Shown here in pieces: positions 36,264-43,666 of a stretch of 64,000 nt of DNA. Position numbers and translations under genes: made by a program. Position 1 is the stretch's first letter. Every line of letters starts with the position of its first letter. Below the pieces are notes generated by a model, which did no database searches, had not been told where the DNA came from, and saw only the letters and a program-made list of their open reading frames with translations. Source of the DNA: Candidatus Micrarchaeota archaeon (lineage in GTDB: Archaea; Micrarchaeota; Micrarchaeia; Anstonellales; Anstonellaceae); contig JAKAJC010000004.1 of assembly GCA_021814005.1 (NCBI GenBank), forward strand, positions 230 through 64,229, read 5' to 3'.

Positions 36264-36320
36264 CTGTATTTTCAGCCCCCTTCTTGAGGCTAAGGCTGAG
36301 CTTTTGATATTCTATTTTTT

Positions 36321-36390
36321 TGCTGTTTTGCTGTTGCCTATTTTTGCTATTCTGTTACTGCCTATTGTTCGCTGTTCTGCTTTGCCTGCT
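36321..36390. repeat. Pyrimidine-rich low-complexity tract of degenerate short repeats (TGCTGTT, TGCCTATT, TGCTATT, CTGTTCTGC) in the promoter region of the Lon-like ATPase gene
   Basis: Read directly from the sequence. The track's 36320 start would translate this tract as Leu/Phe/Cys repeats, which is implausible. Confidence 0.5.
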
Positions 36391-36487
36391 TCAATTCGGG
36401 CATAAAAGAATATATACCCCAATCAGGGCACGGGGAGCGCATAAGCCAATCCATCTCCCTTTTATTCCTCCATGCCTTTATTTTTTT

Positions 36488-37924
36488 GTGGGAAACCCGT
36501 TTGATTTCGACGACACGTCGAGCGTAAAAGTGCCGTCCACTTTGCTCGAGCAGGTAATCGGGCAGGAGGAAGCCGTGCGCCTTGCCCGCGTCATCGCAAA
36601 GCAGCGCCGCCATCTTCTGCTGGTAGGCCCGCCCGGCACAGGCAAATCCATGGTGGCGCAGGCCATCTCCTCTATCTTGCCCAGGCCGACTCAGGAAGTT
36701 TCCGTGCTTCACAATCCTGCCAAACCAGAGCGCCCATTCCTAGAAGTACGCACCCGCCCCCAAATCGAGGAGCAGGTCCGCGGCAGGCCTCCCGCAGGCC
36801 TTCTAATGCCAATCGAGCAGGCGCCCCCCTTTGTGACCGAGCGCCTCGGCTACCGCTGCCACGCATGCAGCCGCAACTCATCTCCAGACGCGCCTCTCTG
36901 CCCGCATTGCGGCGCCGAGAAATTCCGCGGCGGCGCGGGCCCGTTCGATGATTTGGTTGTGGGCCTTGGCGCGCCCGAGCGCGAGGAATCTGTTTCCACC
37001 ACCCGCATAATGGGCGGCAAGGAAGAGCTTGTGGTGTTCGAGCGCTTTGACGACCGCTGCGTGCGCGCGCTTGACCAGAAAGAGCTTTCCAAGCTCGACC
37101 ATTCCGACACGCAGCTGCCGCGCAACATTCTTCTCAATCTTGAGCGCCCCTGCTTTGTGCAGGCGACAGGCGCGTCAGAAACAGAGCTTCTGGGCGATGT
37201 GCGCCACGACCCGTACGGAGGGCATTACCAAATCGGCACTCCGCCCTATTCGCGCGTGGTGGCTGGAGGCGTGCACGAGGCGCACGAGGGTGTGCTGTTT
37301 ATCGACGAGCTGGTCTCTCTGGGACGGCTGCAGCGCCACCTTCTCACCGCAATGCAGGAGCGAAAATTCCCAATCACCGGGCGCAACGCATCCTCAACCG
37401 GCGCGTCTGTGCGCGTGGATTCAGTGCCGTGCGAATTCATTCTTGTCGCGGCAGTAAACACATCCGACTTGCGCAAAATCCTGCCACCACTGCGCTCGCG
37501 CATAGGCGGCAACGGCTACGAGCTGCTCATCAACACCACCATGCCCGACACCGAGGCAAACGTGCAGAAGCTGGCCCAGTTCGCGGCTCAGGAAGTGCGG
37601 CGCGACGGCCGCATTCCGCACGCAAGCCGCGCGGCCGTGGAGGCGCTGGTGGGCGAGGCGCGCCGCCGCGCCAAATCTGTTGACCACGCGGCCGGCCTCA
37701 CGCTGCGCCTTCGCTCTTTGTCAGGCATTCTCAAAATGGCCGGAGACTGGGCGGTGTCAGACACTGCCCCGCTTATCGAGGAAAAGCATGTGAAGCTGGC
37801 GATTGAGCGCGGCAAGCCTGTTGAAGAGCAGATTATGGGCCGCTACGGCAGCGCATACAAGGCCGCCATGTCGGACTGGGGGCTTTCAAACCGCGTGCCC
37901 ACTGATGACAAAAACATCGGCTAG
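36488..37924 (+). CDS. LonB-like AAA+ ATPase lacking the C-terminal protease domain and the membrane insert, with a CxxC...CxxC zinc-ribbon insertion
   Basis: The N-terminus FDFDDTSSVKVPSTLLEQVIGQEEAV...LLLVGPPGTGKSMVAQAISSIL is typical of archaeal LonB. Walker B is VLFIDEL. The sensor-2 region is present. Between Walker A and Walker B lies a hydrophilic insert containing GYRCHACSRNSSPDAPLCPHCGAEKF instead of the LonB TM hairpin. The ORF ends about 40 aa after the AAA+ module. I chose the GTG start, preceded by TTTTATT about 25 nt upstream. Confidence 0.65.
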   Translation: MGNPFDFDDTSSVKVPSTLLEQVIGQEEAVRLARVIAKQRRHLLLVGPPGTGKSMVAQAISSILPRPTQEVSVLHNPAKPERPFLEVRTRPQIEEQVRGRPPAGLLMPIEQAPPFVTERLGYRCHACSRNSSPDAPLCPHCGAEKFRGGAGPFDDLVVGLGAPEREESVSTTRIMGGKEELVVFERFDDRCVRALDQKELSKLDHSDTQLPRNILLNLERPCFVQATGASETELLGDVRHDPYGGHYQIGTPPYSRVVAGGVHEAHEGVLFIDELVSLGRLQRHLLTAMQERKFPITGRNASSTGASVRVDSVPCEFILVAAVNTSDLRKILPPLRSRIGGNGYELLINTTMPDTEANVQKLAQFAAQEVRRDGRIPHASRAAVEALVGEARRRAKSVDHAAGLTLRLRSLSGILKMAGDWAVSDTAPLIEEKHVKLAIERGKPVEEQIMGRYGSAYKAAMSDWGLSNRVPTDDKNIG

Positions 37925-37947
37925 AAAAAGCCGATTAAGCATTCGGA

Positions 37948-38769
37948 CTAATTAGCCGCCTTTTTCATGCGCCCGGCCCAGGCAGTCTCGCGGGCGCGCT
38001 CTTCTCCGTAAATGTATATGTCCTCGAGCATTTTTTCGCCAGTTTTCACCCATTTCAAAAACGCGCGCTGCTCAGCCCCGTCCATGTACATCGCAGTCTT
38101 GTGCATTATTCCGGTCATGAAATAAATCAGTTCGGCCGCTTTCGGCTCTGGCGCATCAGGATTGTTTTTGAAATACCGCTGGCGGGAAATGGCATCTTCC
38201 AAATCATTGAACCGATAGACAAACCACTCAACCGAAATTGCGAACGCTATGGATTTCACCAGCGCAACCTGCTCCGCGCTCGCCTCTTTTCTCGGACCCG
38301 CTTCGGCGAAAAAGGCCTGATTCTCCTCAGGTGTTCTCTTCATGGCCCGCATGACTGAAGGGCCCCAAAGCACGAGATTCATATATGCCTCGAAGGGGCT
38401 TCCGCGCTTGTGATACAACACCTGAGGCGAGTCGGACAGCGCGCCAAGCCATTGCTTCATGGGGCCGGTGATTGATTCCGGCGCCTGCCCCTCAAACGGC
38501 TTTATTTCTTTAATCAATTCAAACCACTGGCTGGCTGCGGCGCCAAATTCGCGGATTTGCTGCATCCGATATTCTGAAACCGCTATGCCCATTTTTGATT
38601 TGTCTATCTCCGGCGCCAGCCGTTCTATCTTATGGCGTCCCCTGCGGTTGAGGCGAATCGGCACAATCTCCGGCGTCAGCCGTTCAATCTTATGGAGTCC
38701 ACTGCGGTTGAGGCGAATCGACGCAATGTCAAGCTTGCCGCTCGGCGTGGAGTTTATCGCTTTTCGCAT
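37948..38769 (-). CDS. Hypothetical protein (about 273 aa) with an N-terminal 2 x 20-aa tandem repeat
   Basis: I prefer the start at MRKAINSTPSG, with a TATA-like CTATTAAAAACAAC 16-28 nt upstream (leaderless). A start at 38592 (MGIAVSEY) is an alternative. The track's 39084 start adds a GC-driven Arg/Gly-rich extension that overlaps the HerA promoter, and I reject it. Confidence 0.5.
   Translation of the reverse strand: MRKAINSTPSGKLDIASIRLNRSGLHKIERLTPEIVPIRLNRRGRHKIERLAPEIDKSKMGIAVSEYRMQQIREFGAAASQWFELIKEIKPFEGQAPESITGPMKQWLGALSDSPQVLYHKRGSPFEAYMNLVLWGPSVMRAMKRTPEENQAFFAEAGPRKEASAEQVALVKSIAFAISVEWFVYRFNDLEDAISRQRYFKNNPDAPEPKAAELIYFMTGIMHKTAMYMDGAEQRAFLKWVKTGEKMLEDIYIYGEERARETAWAGRMKKAAN
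38608..38727. repeat. Two contiguous 60-bp tandem direct repeats, about 88% identical
   Basis: Unit 1 is ctccggcgccagccgttctatcttatggcgtcccctgcggttgaggcgaatcggcacaat. Unit 2 is ctccggcgtcagccgttcaatcttatggagtccactgcggttgaggcgaatcgacgcaat. The length is a multiple of 3 and in frame with the minus-strand ORF, where each unit encodes HKIERL(T/A)PEI(V)PIRLNR(S/R)G. Confidence 0.7.
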
Positions 38770-38809
38770 GTTGTTTACTATGGTTTTTGTTGTTTTTAAT
38801 AGCAGAGGG

Positions 38810-38935
38810 GCGGAAAAGCGCCTCCCATCTCTTTCCGAACCGCGGAGGGGGGCTTTGGCCCCCCTCCCCAGTTTGAGGTTCTTCCTGACCCTCCCCCCAC
38901 GAATATTTGAGCGGAAAAGCGCCTCCCATCTCTTT
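38810..38935. promoter_or_regulatory. Divergent-promoter element. It has two perfect 25-bp direct repeats (gcggaaaagcgcctcccatctcttt at 38810-38834 and 38911-38935) flanking a perfect 10-bp GC hairpin (GGAGGGGGGC-TTTG-GCCCCCCTCC at 38844-38867).
   Basis: Read directly from the sequence. Repeat B abuts the HerA TATA (CTTTTTATTG at 38931-38940, about 25 nt before the ATG). Repeat A lies about 13 nt from the TATA of the minus-strand gene. Confidence 0.55.
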
Positions 38936-38961
38936 TTATTGTTCACGACGTAAAGCGAGAC

Positions 38962-40506
38962 ATGGTTTCCGGCCCAACCACCTCCCCTCTTCCCGCTTCC
39001 GCGCTGGGCACTGTCATCTCCACTTTCGAGGGCACCCCCAACACGGCCGAATTTCATTTTGTCATCCAGTCGGGCGACGTGCACAAGGGCCAGTTCGTGC
39101 AGGTTGTCACCCCTTCCGGCCCTGTCCTTGGCTCGATAACCGAAATCTCGCGCGCCAACCGCTATTTCGAGCGCGCCGAATCTGTTGCAGAATACGAGCG
39201 CCTTGGCGTGCTATCATCGCAGTTCCCCACAACCGAATGGGAATACATGGTTGCGGTGGTGCGGGTGCAGGGCGTGCTCAACGGCGCGCACATGGGCCGC
39301 TGCTCCATCCCCGTCGCCCCCGGCGCGGCCGTTTCGGCAGCAACAGAGGAGCAGCTCAAATCTTTTCTTGGGTTTGACGATTCGGGCCTTCATGTGGGCA
39401 CAGTGGCCTATCATACGCTGCCAGTGCGCCTTGGTTTGGGCCGCCTTTTGCAAAAGCATCTGGCAATTCTGGCCATGTCTGGCGCAGGCAAATCCTATCT
39501 TGCCTCTGTTCTAATCGAGGAGCTGCTTGACCGGCCGGCAGCCAGCGGCCGCCTGGCCGTTGTTGCGCTTGACCAGCACGGAGAATATGTTGGCTTCAAA
39601 GATTCAATTTACCGCGACCGCGTCACCGTGGTGCCGGGCAAGAAAATCCGCATCGGCCTTCGCCATCTCTCAGCCTCCCATCTGGCCGAATGGTCTGAAA
39701 TGTCATCCACCGCGCGCCGCGCTCTTGACAAGCATGTGGCTGCCCTCAAGGCCGAGATAAAAGAAAAGCAGGAGCCGGTTGGCCTCTCCGAATTGATTGA
39801 GCGCGTGCGCGACGATGCCGACCTCAACAAAAAGGAAAATGTGCGCGGCCCCCTTCTTGCCGCGCTCGAAGAGCTTGAGCATCTGCACCTCATAGGCACA
39901 ACCGACACCCTCAAACTTTCCGAGCTGATAAAGCCCGGACATCTCATAGTGCTCGACCTTTCCGACATTGACGATTTGCGCAAAAAGCAGATGATTGTCG
40001 CATACTACGGCCGCAAACTGTTCCGCCAGCGCAAGAAAGGCCTTATCCCGCCCTATGTCATGCTGGTGGAAGAGGCGCACAATTTTGCGCGCGAAAAGGC
40101 CGAGCGGCGCAACGCGCTTTCAAAATCCATGATTGAAACCATTGCGCGCGAGGGAAGAAAATTCGGCGCAAGTCTTTGTCTCATCACCCAGCGCCCCGTC
40201 CAATTGTCCACAACCGCCCTCTCGCAATGCAATTCCAACATCATTTTGCGTGTAACAAATCCGTTCGACCTCAAGCACATCGGCGAATCATGCGAGGGCA
40301 TCGACTCGCACATGCTTGACTCCATCACCTCATTGCGCGTGGGCGAGGCCCTTGTGGTGGGCGAGGCCGTGGGCGCGCCCATCTTTGTCAAGGTGAGGCA
40401 GCGCAAAAGCAAAGTTGTGGCGCGCGGCGAGTCTTTGGAAAAGCTGGCAAAAGAATTTGAGGAAAAAGACAAAAGAAAAGAGGACGAGATTGAGGCATTT
40501 CTCTAA
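38962..40506 (+). CDS. HerA-like ATPase (HAS-barrel + DUF87/FtsK-HerA superfamily)
   Basis: The N-terminal HAS-barrel-like beta region is GTVISTFEGTPNTAEFHFVIQSG...GQFVQV. Walker A is LAMSGAGKSY. Walker B is YVMLVEEAH. LITQRP is the typical HerA motif. No NurA, Mre11 or Rad50 genes are nearby. Confidence 0.7.
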   Translation: MVSGPTTSPLPASALGTVISTFEGTPNTAEFHFVIQSGDVHKGQFVQVVTPSGPVLGSITEISRANRYFERAESVAEYERLGVLSSQFPTTEWEYMVAVVRVQGVLNGAHMGRCSIPVAPGAAVSAATEEQLKSFLGFDDSGLHVGTVAYHTLPVRLGLGRLLQKHLAILAMSGAGKSYLASVLIEELLDRPAASGRLAVVALDQHGEYVGFKDSIYRDRVTVVPGKKIRIGLRHLSASHLAEWSEMSSTARRALDKHVAALKAEIKEKQEPVGLSELIERVRDDADLNKKENVRGPLLAALEELEHLHLIGTTDTLKLSELIKPGHLIVLDLSDIDDLRKKQMIVAYYGRKLFRQRKKGLIPPYVMLVEEAHNFAREKAERRNALSKSMIETIAREGRKFGASLCLITQRPVQLSTTALSQCNSNIILRVTNPFDLKHIGESCEGIDSHMLDSITSLRVGEALVVGEAVGAPIFVKVRQRKSKVVARGESLEKLAKEFEEKDKRKEDEIEAFL

Positions 40507-41030
40507 GCCTTCTTTGACTTCCTGCCTCTTGCCGCCATTTCCTTTCTCTCTTTTTTGATATAATCATCCAAAAGCGCGTTTTCGGCCAGAGCGTAGAACT
40601 CTGTTTTTATGTTTTTCAGCATATGGCGCGCCTGGTCGTAAAATCCGGCGTCTCTCAGACCGGTGGAAATGTCAATCCACACGAAGTCGCGGTCGTACAC
40701 CGACATGGCGTCAGTTTCAACAACTTTTTGCGCCTGCAATATGGCATCCTCGAAAGTGTGGCTTGCCACCTTCCACATCCCGTGTTTGGCCTCCTCCACG
40801 GCGCACGACACCTTGTCTTTTATGTTAAAGGTGGCGAGCATGCCAAACTCGTTCAGTATGGCCTTTTTGTTGCGGTTGTGCCAGTAGATGTTGAAAACAT
40901 TGCGTTTTATCTGCGCCGGTATTTTTTTTATCTGGTTGAATTTTTCCGGCCTGCGCCAGTCTGGAAAAGGAGAAGGTTTCAATTCGGGGTTCGGGGCCAA
41001 TGTCTGTATCCTCAGTCCCTCCATATACAA
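40503..41030 (-). CDS. Hypothetical protein (175 aa), lower GC
   Basis: The ORF is convergent with HerA and overlaps it by 4 nt. No recognisable motifs. Confidence 0.5.
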   Translation of the reverse strand: MYMEGLRIQTLAPNPELKPSPFPDWRRPEKFNQIKKIPAQIKRNVFNIYWHNRNKKAILNEFGMLATFNIKDKVSCAVEEAKHGMWKVASHTFEDAILQAQKVVETDAMSVYDRDFVWIDISTGLRDAGFYDQARHMLKNIKTEFYALAENALLDDYIKKERKEMAARGRKSKKA

Positions 41031-41113
41031 TCAATACGCGTGGGAAAAGAATAAAAATCGGTGTTTTCGTCAATTCCCAAACCGATAAAACACAAGGCTG
41101 TGAGAACTTCATC

Positions 41114-42013
41114 ATGCGCAAAATCAACGCCGTGGCCAATCTTCCGCTGCAGTTGCGAAACTTCTGGCACGGCAAAATAGGCAATCAGCAGATGCAGTTC
41201 CACCTCTATACTGCCTCCGCGCGCGCCGCATTGCGAACCGAAGTAGAAAAAGCAGTAGAAAAATACGAAAATTCGGGCAATATGCTTTCCGCAGACAGGC
41301 TTTCGCGCTACTGGGAATATTTGTCTGCCTACATTGCGGCGCAAAACGAGAATAGCGGCGGCAAACCTGTCAGGCCCTCCTTCGATCTCTCGTCTTTTCT
41401 GCGCCTTCTTTACGCCGGCAAAAAACCTGCAAAATTCTGGCATGATTTTTCGCACACTTACAATTTGCGTGCGCCAATCGGCGGAATGTTCTGGGATTAT
41501 TTTGAGGAATTTCAAATCAGGCGGCTGGACATTGCCAATTGGCTTGCCGAAAATTCAAAAGGAAAAATCCTTGACATCGGTGCGGGCGCACATTCCTATA
41601 TTCCGGTCGATACGGCAGCCGACATTTCGAAAACTGCGCTGGCCGAAAATAAAAACGCAAAAAGAAAAATCGTGATAAATCCGCTGGACGAAATGACGGC
41701 CAATAACTGGCCGTTTGCGCGCCATTCGTTTGACACCGTCATGCTCAATTCAATTCTTTCTTATGTGAAAAATCACAAGCGTCTGCTGGCACTTATCCGC
41801 TCAACTCTGCGAAATGGCGGGGTTCTTCTCATCACAAATGCGCCGATTCTGCCGCACCATCCTGCCGCATTTTTTGTCAAAAAAGAAGTAAGCGCAAAAT
41901 CTCTTGCCCGTTCCCTCCATCAGGCAGGATTTGAGTTTGAAAACCACTCGCGCGGCGAAATTCTTCTAATCAAATCCACGCCACGCTCCACGCGCCGGCA
42001 TAAGCCAGCATGA
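41114..42013 (+). CDS. Class I SAM-dependent methyltransferase with an N-terminal roughly 150-aa domain of unknown function
   Basis: Motif I is KILDIGAGAHS. The C-terminal half has a Rossmann-fold MTase layout. Start taken at the first ATG (MRKINAV). Confidence 0.55.
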   Translation: MRKINAVANLPLQLRNFWHGKIGNQQMQFHLYTASARAALRTEVEKAVEKYENSGNMLSADRLSRYWEYLSAYIAAQNENSGGKPVRPSFDLSSFLRLLYAGKKPAKFWHDFSHTYNLRAPIGGMFWDYFEEFQIRRLDIANWLAENSKGKILDIGAGAHSYIPVDTAADISKTALAENKNAKRKIVINPLDEMTANNWPFARHSFDTVMLNSILSYVKNHKRLLALIRSTLRNGGVLLITNAPILPHHPAAFFVKKEVSAKSLARSLHQAGFEFENHSRGEILLIKSTPRSTRRHKPA

Positions 42014-42563
42014 TGAAGCGCACTATTCTTCCTGCAATGCACCAGAAAAGAAATTCATACCATTTCATCCCCATCAGGCCTGCCGCAATTCCTGCAAAAT
42101 CAAAGAACGGATTGGGCAGGGCCGAGAGAAGAAACACGCCCGCCCCCGCCCATCGCGTGAGAATTGATGACTGCAGTTTCAAAAGCCACTTCAAAGTTTT
42201 GTCTTTTGTTTTGAGAAGATGGGTGGAGCCCTGTCCGATGAAAAATCCTGACAATTCTCCAATGCCCGAGCCTATGCCTGCAACCAAACCGAGCAGAAGC
42301 GGGTCAAGCGTGCGGCCAAGGCCGACAATTGCAAATTGCAGCGGCCCTGCAGGCACGAAAACCGTTGCAGATGCAAGAAACGCGATAAGAAATGCGCCAA
42401 AATAGGAGTATCTGCCCAAGATGCGGGCCAGATGGGGCGCGGCAAGCCAGATAATGGCCGAAACCAGCAGCATTGCGGCTATTTCAAAAAGCCCGATGCG
42501 AAATTCCTTTCCTGACTTGGCGCGAGAGGCAATATTTGTTTTTTTCCCTCTGTTCTTGCCCAT
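41970..42563 (-). CDS. Small polytopic membrane protein, DedA/YqaA (VTT-domain)-like
   Basis: It has 4-5 TM helices and a proline-containing re-entrant-like segment (LSALPNPFFDFAGIAAG). The family assignment is tentative. Confidence 0.45.
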   Translation of the reverse strand: MGKNRGKKTNIASRAKSGKEFRIGLFEIAAMLLVSAIIWLAAPHLARILGRYSYFGAFLIAFLASATVFVPAGPLQFAIVGLGRTLDPLLLGLVAGIGSGIGELSGFFIGQGSTHLLKTKDKTLKWLLKLQSSILTRWAGAGVFLLSALPNPFFDFAGIAAGLMGMKWYEFLFWCIAGRIVRFIMLAYAGAWSVAWI

Positions 42564-42607
42564 ATGTCCAGTCGTTCGTCTTATCGTTTTAAATCCTCTG
42601 CCCTCAT

Positions 42608-43618
42608 TTGCCCATTGGCGTTTCTATGGCATCTCTTCCGAATTCAGAGCCTGAAGCCAACGAGCTTCGCACAGACTTCCTGGGCCGCAGCGTGGTGCTC
42701 ACCCCGCGCCGCGCATCCCGCCCCCATGATTTCGCCCCGGTAGTGCCGCAAAAGAGCGGCCTTCCCGCCCAATGTTTCTTCTGCCCAGGCAATGAAAGCA
42801 AAACTCCGCCCGAAATCGAGCGCGTGGCGGCCGACGGCTCATTCAAGCCGGCAGTCTCGCTCAATTCTCCCGACGTTTCCAAATGGCTTACGCGCGTTTT
42901 CCCAAACAAATTCCCAGCATTTGGCAAAAATTCCAAATCAGCATACGGCGCTCACGAGGTTATTGTGGAAACTTCCGACCACACCAAAACCCTTTCGCAA
43001 TTGGATGAGGCGGCTTTTGTGCGCTACTTGGGCATGATGGCCCGCCGCCTGCGCGCGCACGCAAAAGACCGCAAAATCAAATACACCTGCGTTTTCAAAA
43101 ACGAGTGGGCGGATGCGGGCGCATCTTTGGAGCACACCCACACCCAAATGGTTGCCATGAATGTGGTGCCTGACAACATCAAGAAGCAGAAGCGTTTGTG
43201 CGCATCCTCCTGCCCCTTCTGCCTTTTGGCTGTTGATGACAAATTTTCCAAAATCATAGACACTGGCCCGTTCCTTGTTGTTGCCCCCTATGCCCCGCGC
43301 TTTAACCACGAGGTCTGGATTGTGCCCCGCATGCACACTGCCAACATAGTTGATTTGGACGAGGAGGCTATCAAAGCCCTTGCGCGCACATTGCGCACAG
43401 TGCTGCGCGCGCAAGATTCCTATCTCAACTACCCAGCCTACAACATCCTCTTCTTCCTCGCCCCGCACCGCGAGAAGGCGTTCCACTTCCACATCGAAAT
43501 CTGCCCGCGCATGGCCAAATGGGCGGGCTTCGAGTACGGGGCCGAAACCGTGATGAATTCCATCAAGCCCGAATGGACTGCGGCCGAATACAAAGAGGAA
43601 ATTTCAAAGTTGAAATGA
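42608..43618 (+). CDS. HIT-superfamily nucleotidyltransferase of the galactose-1-phosphate uridylyltransferase (GalT) type
   Basis: The zinc-binding CFFCPGNE motif and the H-x-H-x-Q motif (HTHTQMV) are both present, and the length is typical. Confidence 0.6.
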   Translation: MPIGVSMASLPNSEPEANELRTDFLGRSVVLTPRRASRPHDFAPVVPQKSGLPAQCFFCPGNESKTPPEIERVAADGSFKPAVSLNSPDVSKWLTRVFPNKFPAFGKNSKSAYGAHEVIVETSDHTKTLSQLDEAAFVRYLGMMARRLRAHAKDRKIKYTCVFKNEWADAGASLEHTHTQMVAMNVVPDNIKKQKRLCASSCPFCLLAVDDKFSKIIDTGPFLVVAPYAPRFNHEVWIVPRMHTANIVDLDEEAIKALARTLRTVLRAQDSYLNYPAYNILFFLAPHREKAFHFHIEICPRMAKWAGFEYGAETVMNSIKPEWTAAEYKEEISKLK

Positions 43619-43666
43619 GGCTGCCTACCCCCACCTTTTTTTAGCTCTCCTCTCTATTGCTAGCCC

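Noticed and set aside
36320-36487. Track start of the Lon-like ATPase ORF, which would add a Leu/Phe/Cys-rich N-terminal TM-like extension
   Set aside because: The extension is a translation of the CT-rich microsatellite. LonB homologs begin at the FDDTSS...VP motif, which follows the GTG at 36488 directly.
38608-38727. Possible miniature CRISPR array, suggested by the 60-bp repeats
   Set aside because: There are only two units and they are directly contiguous with no spacers. They are not palindromic. There are no cas genes. The units are in frame within a coding sequence.
38770-39084. N-terminal extension of the 37948-39084 minus-strand ORF
   Set aside because: The extension is Arg/Gly-rich low complexity and runs through the HerA promoter and start. 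A TATA box positioned for a leaderless start at 38769 gives a more plausible gene.
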